From the NCBI GenBank assembly GCA_039545335.1, contig BCIN01000009.1, positions 310,001 to 374,000 on the forward strand: 64,000 nucleotides of DNA, written 5' to 3'. Shown piece by piece: positions 1-14,121 of the stretch (positions are counted from its first letter, which is position 1; each line of letters opens with the position of its first letter). The stretch comes from Kondoa subrosea. Lineage: Eukaryota. A program made the position numbers and the translations under genes. The notes below the pieces were generated by a model. The model worked only from the letters and a program-made list of their open reading frames with translations. It searched no databases and was not told where the DNA came from.

Positions 1-1422
1 AAGCTGACGCTAGTGCTGAGTTTTCCCACTCGACTTGAACCCTGAAAAGGCATCACTAGCTTCAGTCGGTATGAGACTAGTGTTCATGCGAGAGATCAGC
101 AACTGCGGTAATGATGAAAAGGTGTGACTTACTAGAAGAATGGAAAGATTCGAACGAAGGAGTGAAAGTGCCACTAAGTTCCATTGACCAGCAGTACACC
201 TTCTCCCATCTGCCTTTACTAGAACCATAGCTATGACCGTGAGGTTTCCAAATGGGTTCGCTGGACCATTCAGACATGTCTTCTTCCAGCACTGGCCAGC
301 TTCGCTCGATAGTGTGAGAATGAAGATGGGCGGTGTGTGCATGATGACTTTGTAACACCTGCAATGATGCCCGCTACAATACCTTATGAGTTGGGAATCG
401 AAAAGACACAACCCGACAATAACGAACTTTGATATCTGGAGCAGGCATGCCAGAAGGCCTTCTAGACTTTCTCACCAAAGGGCTTTGCACGCTGACAACG
501 ATGACGATAGGAGTCGCTGCATCGCTATTGAAGACCCTTGAATGAGGCATACATAGAGCGATTTGAGCAGTAGTGGAAGAGAAGATATTTCCAGCTAGCT
601 TCAAGCGTGTGACTTGACTCTTCCATTCAGGTCCAAGATCTGTCAGCAACTATCAGCTTCTCTGTTCTCTTCGGTTCCAAATCGACAAGCTCACAAGGTG
701 GACCTGTTGACAAATCTGGTGTGTCCGGTGTAGGAAATGATGAAACGTGCTTGTCTTTCGGCACGAAGAGAAAAGGCGCCAGAGCTTGCGAGATCATGCC
801 TCGACCACCTTCTGCTGTCGCAATACACTGCAGGCAGGTGAGCATGATGCGTGTCAACACAGTATACTGAGCTCACAACATATGAGATCTTCGCGTTTGC
901 GTCTCTGCTACCAATCTCGAAGCTAGGCGGTAGCGAAGATCCAGCACTTGTAAAACAATGATTTCAGCAGAATCATCAAGCAACATAATCTGAAGACAAA
1001 CCCAGGCAATTTAAAGGAGAACTCAAAGCATGTAGGCGCAGAAGTTGAGTCTTGGGAGTGGTACAGATTGGTCATGAGATGCAAGAAGACATGGGACTGA
1101 GCCTTGTGTTGAGAAGATGATCTGAATCTAGTGCAGCAGAATAAGCCACCTCTTCAGTTGGAAAAGAGTTTATGAAGTACCGACTAGAAGACGCGACGAG
1201 CTCAACCTTTACCGAGCGAACGTCGCTGGCATAACCTTCAGCTAATTGTACGCTGCCGTAGACCCTCTGATCATGGGTGAAAAGCTTTTCATGAATCGAA
1301 ATAGATACCAGTCCTGATTGCGGGTTGCAGGTGCGAGTTGTGGATTGTCTGATCAAGGGAGGAAAAGACGGAATGTTCTCGATCACAGAAGTAATACTAG
1401 GAAGGGGTTGCTTAACTGCCAT
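1..1422 (-). CDS. Arrestin-fold (alpha-arrestin-like) protein; multi-exon, 3' end runs off the window
   Basis: ATG at 1422 (MAVKQPLP). Exons give VYGSVQL..VKVEL, FEFSFKLPG and SLPPSFEIGSRDANAKISYVV (arrestin-N pattern), then PSFESFHSSISYRLKLV (arrestin-C pattern). Confidence 0.6.
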
Positions 1423-2015
1423 AGCGGACGAGAGCGAGAGAGGGTGGGACTGGCTTTTATAGAGGTTTCTGGATAAGCTCACGCAATAAGAGTAAGCAGC
1501 TGACAGAGAACAAGAAAAGTATCGATTGCTGCATGATAGCGGACCGGAATAGGCATACCCCGTCACTACCCCGTTCGAACAGAGTCCAGAAGATCAAGAA
1601 TCAACGGAATAGAAGATATAGATAGCAAACGTTTTTGAACATGCAGGCAACGTTCAGACGCCTTATAATAGCGTAACTCATGCAGCAGAACGTTTGCGCC
1701 TGCATCTTTGCTAGTCGTCGAATGGGTATTGAGTGGAAATATGCACGCGCTGCGGGTTAGCATTCGCGCATGCAGGCATCGCGTGAGAGAGCTAGAGAAG
1801 CAGTCATTCTTAAGCACAACGTTTACCGAGATGCACCCGAGCTCGCAGCTATCAAATCCGCGACCTTCTTCTAGCGGAAGGACTGCAACGACCAGACAAC
1901 TTCAGGCAGCAACAACGACGGGCAGTGCAAATGAGAGTGGTAAAGGTCCTCTACAGGCACTGGACCTGGAAGCTGGGACACTCGCCCTGGAAGTTTGGAA
2001 ACAAGCCACGAACAA

Positions 2016-2630
2016 ATGAACGAATTCACTTATAACAAGCGCAAAGACAGCTACACTGTAGATAAGGTCGTCATAGCAGGAGCTGCCATCAGAGCAGAAT
2101 ACGCACAGGCAAGGGACAGAGCAGCTAGAATGCGGCAACGATGGCAGGAATGTCGTGACGGTAGCGAACATCCTCTCACACAGTACAAGGTCAGTCCAGT
2201 CCCTTTGCAGGCGAATACCCGGACTCATCTTCTGCTGCAGTGGCTTGCTTATGGCTGTCCGTTTCGTCCGATCATATCCATTCTCCAGTCCTGACTACCC
2301 CGCATCCAGTGATGTTATATTTCATGATACATAGAGGATCAAGGTGGAAGGTAAGCTGCAAGATCCAATTTGCTGTCTCTCTTTGTCTTGACACTGCAGA
2401 TCTCGTAGAAATCATTACCTTACGCCAAGATATTCGATCAGCAGATGCTAAATCTGGCGACGCTGGAGTCCAATGGCGTCTCGTCTTTCAGAATCGATTT
2501 TGGACCTGGTATAACACTCGTAGCTGAAGTCTTGCGGCTGAAAGACGGGTGAGGATGAATTGCTTGTCGCACCCGCTGGCTGAATGTTGGTAGCAGGGCC
2601 AGTATCAATCCGCCTGCCTATGTACCTTGA
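2016..2630 (+). CDS. Small hypothetical spliced protein; start uncertain
   Basis: Frame stays open across four GT-AG introns (about 2190-2240, 2266-2309, 2351-2408, 2549-2596) to TGA at 2628. No recognised motif. Confidence 0.4.
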
Positions 2631-2959
2631 ACACCGTGTCTACTAGCTCAAATTTCTGTACTTGTAATGCATCTAGGTTGTATTTTTAGTTCCAATCGCA
2701 AACTCAGTGGACAAAGAAAACAGTGCTCGCAACCTCCTCTTTGCATAGACTTTATACCATACTTCAGGTTAATCTTTGCATGTCATCGTTTGCGATCGTT
2801 TGAGCAACGCTGACAGTGAACCAGCTTGCAGCGCGATCAGTAAGAAATCTTTGCACCTTCGAGACGCTGGACACCTAAAGAACCTAAAGAATGTGCTTTT
2901 CAACCAGATACGACTGCTTCCTATATACAATGTTTCTCTTGTACTGGCTCTATAGATCT

Positions 2960-5900
2960 CTATCTGATCGCTACCCTGAGATATGGGATCTAGAGACAAA
3001 AGTCAGCCATGTAAACAAGAGACACTCGCGACGCACCTCAACATCCTCGCCCTCCTCATCGTTGACCATCATCTCGAAGACTGAAGTTGATGTGAGCAAG
3101 AACGTAAAGAAAGTACATGAAACTTACCCAGGAACTTTGAATGTGGTGGGATAGCTTTCTTGCTGACAGTTTCGACCAAGACAGACAATCTGGGTGATCC
3201 TTAGCAACATTCGTGCTATCAGCAAGTGCAACTCACGGCATCTTCAGCCTTTCTTCTTGCTTCTTCTTTGGCATAAACCCAGAGTAGAGCATTGAAACAC
3301 CACTACTGAGCATTGAAATCTCCAGTCTCTTCTCTTTCTGGAAGTAGTTGATCAATTCTTGCAATGTAATGTCACCTTCAATATCGAAGCGAGACCAGAG
3401 TGTCCATTCTTGATCGTAGTACTTATTCTTTGGTGCTAGAATGGGTTCACTGAAACCGAAGAAAGGTAGAGCTAAGTTGACGAAACCGTTCTTGTATTGC
3501 TCGACATCGGTTTTGCCATCAATGATCTACAATCTCCTACTCAGCAATGATGTACTTTTGATTTTCTAAACTACTTACCTTATACAACTCCAGACAGACA
3601 AGACCAGTTGCCAGCGATGTTGTAGTTGCGATAGCGGGAATAATTTTGCCAGCTATCAGCTTCGTCTGATGCCTGTTCGCTGTAGCGATACTGTAATTCA
3701 GAGCCCGCAGATTTGAAGCAGCAGTGATGAAAGCGATGTGGAAGTTGGTGTCATCGTCTTTCTCGAATTCGACAGGCGTTAATCTGAAGCCAGCCAAAGT
3801 GGAAGGTTCCGGCAAACTCGCTACTAATGCGCTCAAATCTTCTTCTGCTAGATATATGAGCAAAAGACAGCTAGCTACAGAGCCTCTCATACCTTCTTGC
3901 GTTTGACCGCCAGCCGCTGGCTCATCATCCTTGATTTGTACGCTCACGCCACTTCGAGGTGTGAAAGGAGCGATCTTGACTTGAGTGACCTTCTTCTTGA
4001 AGTATTCTGGATCGGAATTGCCCTTCAGACCATAATTGAATGCGCGAAGATTGGCCGCAGCGATAACGTAATCCAGGTGTTCACACTGTCAAAGAAAACG
4101 ATAGAAAAAAGTCAGCTTCCATTCTAAGACACCTCAACCTCACTGACGTTATCTGCATCGAATTCGAGCGGTTTCGGTGCTCGCTTTGGGCCAGACCAGA
4201 AAGGTACGCCTTCCTTTGTCATCTGTCAAGTCGTTTCAGTGCATCAGCAGATCTGAAATGCGCCTATAACGACTACTGACCAAATCCGGAGGTAAACTGT
4301 AAAGCAATTGCTTGATCTCATTTGCGTAGTCCTCTTCGAACTGTTTCCTCGCCCAAGCAATGCACTCGTCGAAAGTTAGCGGCCGTCCATTCAGATTGGT
4401 AGAAATGGATTTGATCTGATCCGCTTGCAGACCAGCTGCTTTTGCAGATTCGATGAAATCAGGTTGCGAGAGATAGGTGTTGATCGAGGTTGCTGGTTCT
4501 ACAAAGTACGAGTCGAAGTGTTCGCGAGCCCACTATACGAAGTAGTCGTCAGCATGATTGTGAACTTCGGAACAGGCAACAGACCTGAATTGTATGTTGG
4601 ATGATGTTAGGGAATCTGTACGCCACTCCTATCTGACTAATTATTCTAGCAAGTGAAGTTGCAGACGTACGATTTGACAGTACACATTGGATGTGACTTT
4701 TCTGGAGGATCTTGAGAAGAAGAATAGGATTCGGTGATGTTTGGCAAGACGACTTGAACGTTTGCTTTTGTTCCCAAAGTACCCGACTCAAGTAGAGGTT
4801 TGCCGTAGTACACACATCGGCGATCCATGTATTGACCTGAGCTAACATGAGCCAGAAGATTAGGCAGGAAATACAGCCAACGAACGAGCTGCGACATTGT
4901 CCAAGGCGTTCGTGACACAGTCCAGCTGAGTGAAGAATTCATCACCGTAGACATCTGTGCGAAGAAGCAAAACAATCATCAGCCTAAGCCAATCTGGTAA
5001 TGATCTCACGCACTTTCAGTAGTCTCGCCAACAGCCAATTGTTTGCTCGTAATCTTCCCTTGCAGATCAGGGTTCATCTCCGCGACCGCACTCGCCGCCG
5101 CATCTGACTTGAATCCACCCAAATCTTTCGGTCTAAACAAGAACTGTCTGTTCAAGTTTGATTTCTCAATCGAGTCCATATCCGTCACTGTAATGCTTCC
5201 GTTCGGACCTGTCCCTAATCCCATCATGGACCAATTCTTGAGCATCTCACAACCGATAGCACCTGACCCAACGAGGAATTGGCGATAGTTTTGGATTTTA
5301 TCTTGGAAAGTTTTGCCAAAGACTGCAATTTGTCGATCATATCTGGAATTTAGAGGAGCGCATTCTGCTTCCGTCAGAGCAGCTTTGTTGGAAGGTAAAG
5401 CTTCAATAGCATCGAAGTAGAGGTGTTGAACAGTAGGATGGAATTTGCCGGAACAAGCTTTGAGAACTTCTTGAGCGACGAAACCACCAGTCACAGCAAT
5501 AATAGGTGAAAGCTCGCCAGTAGCTTGGTATGAGAGTTCTCGAATGGTTTCTTCTTGCACATCCGCATCAATTTCTTTCGCTAGCTTGACCACTTGAGTT
5601 GCATCTGCTTCATTCCGCGGCGCAGGCAATCTGTTGTTCTGTTCTTTGAACTTTGAAAGAGCTTGGAAACCAGCATGAAGTGTTGAAGGAGCTTCGAACT
5701 TGGCAAAGTCAGAAATGAGGTATTCAGGCGAGGTCAGTGATTCGCGAAGGGGTTTCTGTGGAAGAATAGAGGTGACATCAGCGTCAACGCGATACCACCT
5801 TCGTAATCCTCACGAAATCAATGAGCTTTGGGATCTTCACTTGCTGGAACAGACCTCCAGCTTTGTAATCCGGGAAACCAGTCGTATCGCCAATAGTGAA

Positions 5901-7128
5901 AGTGTAAGGGCCTGTGAAACACCGTGCCTCCCAATCAGATTCATCCTGAAGGCATAGGCAAGGTCTCACCTTTGACTGTAACCTTTCGCGGGTCACAGCC
6001 GTTGAGATCTTCCATGCCCTTGATCTCTGAGAAAGTAACATAATCTCCATCTTCAAGGTTATGCCTCGATTCATCCAAAGTAGTAACAAGACCTTCCGCG
6101 CTCTGTGCAGTTGTATATTATCTGAGCTCGATTGAGGGCAGCAGAAAGCTTCGACGCACCTTTTCTACTTCCACTACCATTCCTTGAACAGGTGCTTCTC
6201 CGTTAGGATCAATGCAAGGGAATTGAGGACCGAAATCGCAGAAGACAGAACTGAATAACCCTCGTACATCAGTCGAAATGAACTTGATCCCGTTTACGTG
6301 GGTGAAGTCATTAATTTCTAGTTGTTGTGTGATACTTGTGTCGGTAAGTACGACCACCTGTCAACCCAAGAGAGATTCAGTCAAACAAGATGACTGGATA
6401 TCTACCGAAGGCTCACCTGGAAAGATGCTATTGTATCCTTTGATAATTCGCCTTTCAGCGCATTGACTGGAACGTAGCGATTCAATTCTGCTAGTCGAGG
6501 TACGGTAGTATCGTCTCTCGGTTTCCCAACGTCGTCAGGCCGTAAGAAGAACTGTTACATGCCACGACAAACATAAGCTATCTTTCCAGCACAAGCTTGA
6601 CAGAGCTGACCTGGGTTCCAAGATCTGCTATTTCGACTAGTGCTGGATCATAAATGGTGACTGATTTGACACCAGCTAGACAGACGTTCTTGGCTATTCT
6701 ACAATCAGTAGAGCTCCTCCGTTTTCAGAACAAGCACTAACCGATTTCTACACCAAGACCTTTCATTCCCACAATGAGGACATTGGAAGCTGCCATTCTC
6801 TGTCCACACGGAACCTTCCTGAGCTATGATTCAGCCAGTGCAGTCTTCATACGGACTTTCATAGCATCGTGTCCCAAGACGTAACTATTCTTGAAACTTG
6901 AGCATGATCGCCTCTGACAGAGCGAGCGGCCTTACAGCTGACGAGAGTAGAGCGATTCATCGATAGCTGTCTCCTGTTCGGATGTGCTCTGCCTTGAGAA
7001 CACAGCGTTCAAATAGCTCGAGTTTGACGAACCTCGCTTGTCGGGTTTACGTGATCAATCTGAGCTTATTGGAATCAGTACAAGTGCTGTAGAGCTGTGT
7101 TTCAAGCACAGACCTGCATAGCTGTCAT
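2960..7128 (-). CDS. UBA1: Ubiquitin-activating enzyme E1
   Basis: [54 protein letters not shown] (catalytic Cys), [22 protein letters not shown]; ends IPYLRVAIR*. Confidence 0.97.
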
Positions 7129-7344
7129 CTTTGCAAGTCGTCGACAGTCGTAGATGAGAAGAAGAGAACTTCGCGAAAGTGAATTCTGTCATGCATTTGA
7201 AGCAGCCACATTAAAGCTCTCAAAAGACTTTTACAGATGATACAACAAGTTACTATACACTCTAGTAATGATCTTCTTCTATTTCTAAACTGCACTTCAC
7301 CAATAACAGGTTTCCCTTTGTCACAATCAATCGAGTTGTATTGC

Positions 7345-8241
7345 TCAAGTCGACTTCATTTGCTGTGCTGATGTATAAGCTACTTCTCTTTGCACTTCTT
7401 CTTTCTCTTCAGACGTTGTATCGACAGGTACTTCCAGCCAATCGGATGGAACGAGAAAAGGTAGAGAGGCGCCGACGCTATGAGAAATACTTGAGCCACA
7501 TACATGAGGTATTGTAGCAGCTGAAGCTAACCTGGCTGCTCGATTGACCCACGTGGGATTTCTTTTCCCAGTTAAACGAAATGACAATTCGTCCTGTAGA
7601 TCTCCCATGAGCAACATGACAGACTTCAAGAACGGGACAGAAGACGTACCGTAAAAGCATTACAATTGTTCTTGAGTAAATCATAACTCATTCCTTGCCA
7701 TTCCTTTTCCGTTTTCATCTCCTCTATCAAATTCAATATCCTCGAAACGGTTTCATCCCGACTTTCTTCCATCGTGACTAGGATTTGATCTTGTTTCGGT
7801 GGGAAAGCGAACCCTAGGGATAAAGCTTGTTTGAACCGGATATGAGGTATCAGTGAAGTTGTTCCATCCTCCGGCACTGTTCAGTTCCTTACTCAGTCAA
7901 TCGATATCATTGGTAAGGTAGAAGAAGGAACACGCACTGGGTAAGACAAAGACTCCTGTACCTGGTTTGGTACTATGACCAAAATTCCATTCCAATTGCA
8001 GTTCAGGTATTCTTGTAGCGGTATGATAGAGTCCTGTCATAGTACACATCAGTCTGATTCAGTACAGCGATCGAGAGCGTAGATACCTACACCGCTGAAC
8101 CAGCCTAGAGATGAAACAAGTCCGGCGAATCCATCTGCTGGCAATAGATCCTGTATGTATGAATGAGATAGAGGAAAGAAACAGCACAGAAGGCACACTT
8201 ACATAGACTATGAGCTGGATTTCAATAGGAAAGGCCGGCAT
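7345..8241 (-). CDS. PPPDE/DeSI family deubiquitinating/desumoylating peptidase
   Basis: IVYDL, GLYHT (catalytic His), EWNFG, YDLLKNNCNAF (catalytic Cys), PTWVNRAA. Confidence 0.88.
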
Positions 8242-9051
8242 TGTAACGCAGCGACTTCGGACAGGAGAAGAGATTGAGTAGGACAGCAAGGAAAGTCCAG
8301 TTGAGAGCAAGCTCGGAGGTTCAGCGCAATAGCGAGCCTATCTTAGATCAAAGCTGAGCAAAGAGAACAAGACCGTTCGAGAGCAAGATCCGATGACACA
8401 AGACCGAAACTGCCTTGACCTGTAGCGGCCGACTAGTACTGCAAGAAGCCATTCGCTTCGCATCAGGCTGTAGCTTACTATGCTTGGCTCTCGCTCTGGC
8501 TCATTTCTGTCATCGTCAAGCGTACTATTCAGTGATGAGCCATTCGAAGCTCGATTGGACAAGTGATATTCGAGCAGATCTGCTTCTCTTCCTTTTCTCG
8601 GCTTGATTGTTCAATTGTCTCATAATATCATCTCCTTTTCGCTCTGTCTTCTCTTTCCTCCGTGACTTTGTGTTCGCAAGCGATGCAACACTCTTGAGCC
8701 ATGTGCTTGAATTTCTGCCTATAAATACCAGATGACTCCGTCTGCACTGGAGTGGAAGGAAGGTCCGATCTCTTACAAACCTAAAGACCTGCGTTCATGT
8801 GCTTTCGTAGATCCCTAGCTCGCAGCATCTGCATGTTTGTGCTTCAATAGCTGCCGGCTTTCCCTCTCGGGCTCATTCTGACTGACTCTGGACTGGTGAA
8901 CGATTTGATCGCTGGCAGAATGTGCAGCAAGCTATTTGCTATGGCTCAAGATGCATGAATCTGCCTACCTAAGCTCAATTCCGGTTTCAACAGACTAATG
9001 GATGCATTTATTAGCTAGTAGGCGGACGAGTTAAGTATGACTTCGCCATGA

Positions 9052-9070
9052 CAGTCACATGACAGTCACA
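9052..9070 (+). promoter_or_regulatory. Tandem Homol-D-like boxes (CAGTCACA x2)
   Basis: CAGTCACA at 9052-9059 and 9063-9070, about 210 bp upstream of the Stm1-like ATG. Confidence 0.6.
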
Positions 9071-9274
9071 TGGTATGTCTCTACATGCGCATTCAGGTTT
9101 TCAGTCGCATAAGCATGAGTAGCGAAAATAAATCGTTTCTGCAGCTTTTGTGCCCTTTCAGCAAAGCAAGGACTTCGTCTTCAGCCATATAAGCTACCTT
9201 GTGCACCTCGACCATTTTAAGCGAAATTGAGTTTCGCCAACTTTTTCTCAATTTTAGGTGCTTGACCTGAGACC

Positions 9275-10492
9275 ATGTCGAACCCTTTCGCTGCGCTCTC
9301 CTTAGAGGGCGAAGACCCAAGTGACAATGTTCCAGCTCCTACACCTGCCAAAGCAGCTGAACCTACTCCCGCTGCTGCTCGACCTCAGCGAACTCAGCAA
9401 ACTTCTCAGCAACCTCGCAACAACAACCGTGGTGCTAACGCTGGACCAAGGAGAACCAACGGTGGTGACAGAACTCCTGCTGGAACTGATGCGGTCGAAT
9501 CTGATCTGTCGAGAGATGTGAGAAGCGAACGCACTGCTGGTCGTAAATTTCCCATTTTCTCTCCATTTTGTTTGCTGTGTCTTGATATATGATGGCTGTT
9601 AGAACGAGGCGGTCGTGGTTCAGGTAATCGTGGACCAAGAGGTGGAAGAGGTGGTAGAGGATCTGGAGGAAACCGTCCAATGGACAGACACTCTATGACT
9701 GACCGAGTGTAGGTCGTTCAGTTGGCTGTTAAGCATGTAGCTTATTCTCGCTTGTTGAAAATCTACAGTGACTCACACAAGCAAGAACATCAAGCATGGG
9801 GAGGTGATGAAGGCAAACGTGAACTCAACGATGAAAATGCTGGTGAACAAGATGCTCAAGCCGCCGTTTCTGGCGTTGCTACTCCCGTTGATGATGGTAC
9901 TTCTACCCCTACTACTGGCGCTGCTCCCGTTTCAGCTCAAGTTGAAGCTGAACCTGAAGACAACACTAAAACTTACCAAGAATGGCTCGCTGAACAGAAA
10001 AAGGAGAACATTGGAGGCAACTTGCCTGAAGCTCGCAAAGCCAACGAAGGTGCCGATGATTCTCAATGGAAAGATGCTGTTGCTCTCAAAAAGGAAGAGG
10101 ATGATGAAGTCCTTTTCGCTCAGACGAAGGTAAGCCTTGTCCATTATTGCCAATTCCAGTGCTCACTGGTGACCCAAACCTTACAGGAAGGCAAAGCTCG
10201 CAAGCAAAAGGAGAAGAAGGAAAAGACTTACATCGAATTCGAGCCTCAATATCCTAGACCTGGAGGAAATGACAGAGGTCGCGGTGGACGAGGACGCGGA
10301 GAAGGTCGAGGACGTGGAGGAGACAGAGGTTCTGGAAGAGGCCGTGGATCTCAAAGAGGTGCTCCTCGCTCAAAGTTTGTTATTTGACATGGCACCTTTC
10401 GATGATTTATTGACTTTTCTTGCTATAGTGGCCCTCGCTCAGCACCGCCAGTCGACACTTCAGATGCTTCGGCTTTCCCAAGTCTATCATAA
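9275..10492 (+). CDS. STM1: Stm1/SERBP1 (HABP4_PAI-RBP1) ribosome-associated RGG protein
   Basis: MSNPFAAL start, DRHS motif, AWG, KTYQEWLAE, RKANEG, RGG boxes, C-terminal SAFPSLS*. Confidence 0.85.
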
Positions 10493-10640
10493 GATCTTGG
10501 CGCGAAACAAAAAAAGATTTTGGTTTTATGGGACAGTTCAGTTTGTTTTTGGCTTGCTGATCTCAAGGGATGAATCTTTTTAGGGCAATCACATACTCCA
10601 CAGAGAAAGAAGGGAGAGCTGCAGATACGAGAAATTGCTT

Positions 10641-11724
10641 TTACTCATTTTCGAGCAGTTCCGAAGGCTTATCTTTGGGTACAGTCATGACGTGACGGTT
10701 TGTCTTACATTTGCTCTTTTCTTTTGCTGCTTCTTCTGCTTCTCGCTCCTTTACCTGGTCAAAGTTGATGGCAAGTCGCTCGAATTGTTGGTGCGAAATT
10801 CACAGAGGTAAACGAGTCTTTCTAGAAACTACCACTGGTTTCTTATGTCTGCGTGCGGTATTCGTCGAGCTCTTCTGTCTACCGGCTTGGTATTGACTAT
10901 TGGACGGATTCTAGTTCTCCCAACATCTATGCTTTCCTATCCGATTTTCCCTACATACGAACGCGGTTCACGGGCTGCGTTATCGGATTCCATCCGCGCG
11001 GCTGCTGCACGTAGCAATGTTCTTCCGGAATTTGAGCGATCCGGGCTGCCACAGCTTTTGTCAGCTTGTTCCAATTGGCTTCCTGGCTTCGTACGGCTTA
11101 CGATATCTCGCATCGTTTCCAACGATCTGTCTAACATGATGCTGCTCTCCTTCCTGTTTAAAGAATGCTTGTTGTTCCATTTTGTAGCGATTATATTCGT
11201 CTTTCTTTCCAGCGATCCGGCACGCATTCGCTTCGGCTCTCATCCACTGCAATCCCATGCCATGCAGAATTTGGTTAGCCACATTCATGATTTCAGTCAA
11301 GTGGGCTCGATTGTTCGCCTTTGGATAAGCCGCCAATCGATTCAGATGGGCGCCATCAGAAGTATCTGAGACCGGAAAGAAGGAAGCGACAGCATCGACG
11401 CATCCATTAGCTTCTAGAAGAACAAGGCATAGCGGTTCTTTAAAGCTTTTTGGCTTCATCCTGCCGTAATCGTGCAGGTGGTCGTAAGGAACTCCTGCGA
11501 GACTCAAGACGGTGCCCATGCTGATACCGTGTCTATCAATGGCGGCCTTTTCGAGCTCGCTCTCGAGATTCTTGAAGAAGGTTTTGCGTTCGTCTTGCTT
11601 TGGGACTGACTCGGTAGCAATGGTAATAAGATGGTAAGTGACTGACATATCTGGTGGTTCGCGAGAAAACGAGAGGAAGAAACGAATGCTCGATCCAATT
11701 GGAAGTGGTCCCTTTGTGCTTCAC
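10641..11724 (-). CDS. Hypothetical protein, possible divergent GNAT fold; 5' end uncertain
   Basis: Long exon inside ORF 11061-11648, then a GTAAGC..CTGAC..GCAG intron. Further exons end near PSELLENE*. Confidence 0.45.
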
Positions 11725-12087
11725 TTTATGCTGATGGCTTCAATGTTAGATGACTCCGAGCCAAAAGCAAGTCACATCTAGGGCAATTAGGAGTTGACGA
11801 ACGAAATCAAGATACGGATATCAAGAAGATGAACTCGAATGTATAATGCTTTAATACTGCAAATATTCATCTCTGGAAGAGCATATCCAAGAAACGAAAA
11901 GCTTCTGCTGGAGCCTGGGGGTCTCATCCTGTTCTGAGGACTGAACGGTTTCAGGTCAATAAGCGATTTCTTCGCGGAGAATGACATGTCAAGAAATATA
12001 TAGGAATGTTTAAAATCTCATGCTATGGTATTCTATGCGGTATAATCATATAAAAAAGTCCGCTGAAGGACCCCCTGAAGGACCCCC

Positions 12088-14121
12088 TTATGTCAATTCT
12101 GGAGACCGCATTCCGACAGGCGATTCCACAATCAAGTGGTCCAGTGAGACAGACCGCGAATGCGCGAGACCGCCAGTAGCGTTCTCACCTACATACAGCG
12201 ATCCTGTGAGTGATCTTCGCAATGACCTTCGCATCAGCGTCGAAGAAGAAGGTTCTGTAGGTGTTAGAGGGGATTCAGGTGAATGTTGGGAAGATGTACT
12301 GGAAGTCATTGCTGATCGGTATAAGTCTGGATTTGAAGTAGCTGATGGTAATCCGGTCGAGTAGTTACGTTTCTTCCGGAATCTACTGCTGTCTTGAGGT
12401 CGAATCGCAAAGCCTGTCGAATGATCTTAGCTCGAATAATCATTGACATATGGTCGCACTCACCTGGCGATGATGCCCCGATACCTATACTGAATCCTCT
12501 TGGTCTGGCTTCCGTAAATATCCGCTTCATGGCTGAAAGACCTCGAGTTTGTCTTCCGCCCATTTCATCATCTTCATCACTGCTATCACCAAAGCCGATG
12601 TCATCCGACGGCTCGTTCATGAGAGGTGTGCGTTCTGAAGTACCAAGGCCCATCTTGTCGGATTCATCGGTAGTTTTGAGCGACACGATCCAAACGCCGA
12701 CGAAGAGAATGACTATGCCCAAGTTCATGAAAGTAATTTGGAGAGGTGCGAGAAGACGCCATTGATCGTAGTAGACTGTCAACGAAGAACACGAACTCAG
12801 CTGATACACAGCTAGTCAATGCCCCCACTGACCTAGCCCATTCAGGATAGAGCTGAGGTTATAAAAGCAGAAAGCCAAAGGGCAGACCAGAGTCGGTCCG
12901 AGCATGCGTAGTGCTCTATTGAGGTACCAAAGCTGACCTATACTTCAGCAAGATCAAACCACGCAAGATTACGAGGCTGACCTGCGCGACCCCGGCGAAA
13001 GCCAATATGATCACTATAAGCCAGCTTTGCCATCTGTTGAACTGATTGTCGCCAAAGACAGTAAGTAGCAGTAATTCCGTCCCGGTTTTGGCGAAGAGAA
13101 GACATCTAGTTTACTCTAAGCTATATTCCCGATAGAATAACAATTCGACTCACAATCCGCTAAGAGTTCCACTTGCACCTCCGTAAGCAATACCAATAAA
13201 GACTGTCTTCCTTTCAGCAGCAGCCAAATCCGCAACGCTTCCCATTCCATCTTCCGCATCTCTCGGACTTTGAACTTCTTCACCAGAATGCATTTTCCCT
13301 ATTTCATCCTCTTCCAAAGGTTCTGACCATCTCCTTCTTAATCTAATAGTAGCTTCACCAGGAATTTGATTCCCATTCTCCCCTCCTTTCCCTAATGTAG
13401 AAGCATACATTGCTAATCTCTGAGCTTTGTTTCTTAAAATTGAATATTCCAATAAATGTGCCGTAAGAAGAGTGATGAAGATTGCAAAAGTTAAAACAGT
13501 GAACCAAGCGATGAAAGCGGGTCGATTGTATAAACTGATTAATTCATCTAACGAATGAGTTGGTTCTTCAACTGTACCGAAAACGGCTATGAAGACTGCT
13601 CCGGCTGCGATAAGAAGTGTTCCTAGGATAAGGTAGCGAGAGAAGGAGTCGCCTAGGATGAATTTGGCGAAGAGAGCGTTCCAACACAAGGAAACTCCTC
13701 CGAGCGGAGCTAGAATGACTATAGGTAGAGCAGAGAGTTGAAAGACCTAGAGAAACAATTAGTGCTGCAGCCTGACATGGGAGAAAGACGCACGCTGCCA
13801 AGTGAGTTCGACAAGATGAAGATCAGCGATCCTACGATCCATAGCCTGCAGACGATACTCAGTTTACATGACCAATCTCGCAGCGCATCCAACTCACGGA
13901 CGCTTCCATTCTTTCCGCTTGCTTTGCTCTGGCTGAATATCGTTCTCAACATGAGATTTCCTTGTCAGTGTTAGACCTGTTCATACGGTTCATTCACTGG
14001 AGTCATGAGCTGACTACAGTGATACAACAGACGAACCGAAAGATTGAGCAAAGGAAGCCAAGAGCGAGACCAGAATCGCCAAAGCAACAGACACTTGCGG
14101 ATGCGCAGGATCTTCTGTCAT
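12088..14121 (-). CDS. NIPA-family (Mg2+ transporter/DMT) membrane protein
   Basis: LASFAQSFG, LWIVG, ILAPLGGVSLCWNALFAKFILG, LWYLNRAL, PTLVCPLAFCFYNLS; multiple TM helices. Confidence 0.88.

Noticed and set aside
2292..2297. TGA-CTA readthrough motif
   Set aside because: Better explained as the CTGAC branch site of an intron; the extension gives no PTS1.
2960..8241. UBA1 adjacent to a PPPDE peptidase as a ubiquitin cluster
   Set aside because: Both are housekeeping genes; no evidence beyond adjacency.
8532..8600. GTGATGA box-C-like motif
   Set aside because: No nearby box D or terminal stem.
10937..11227. Overlapping ORFs suggesting a programmed frameshift
   Set aside because: Explained by an ordinary intron.
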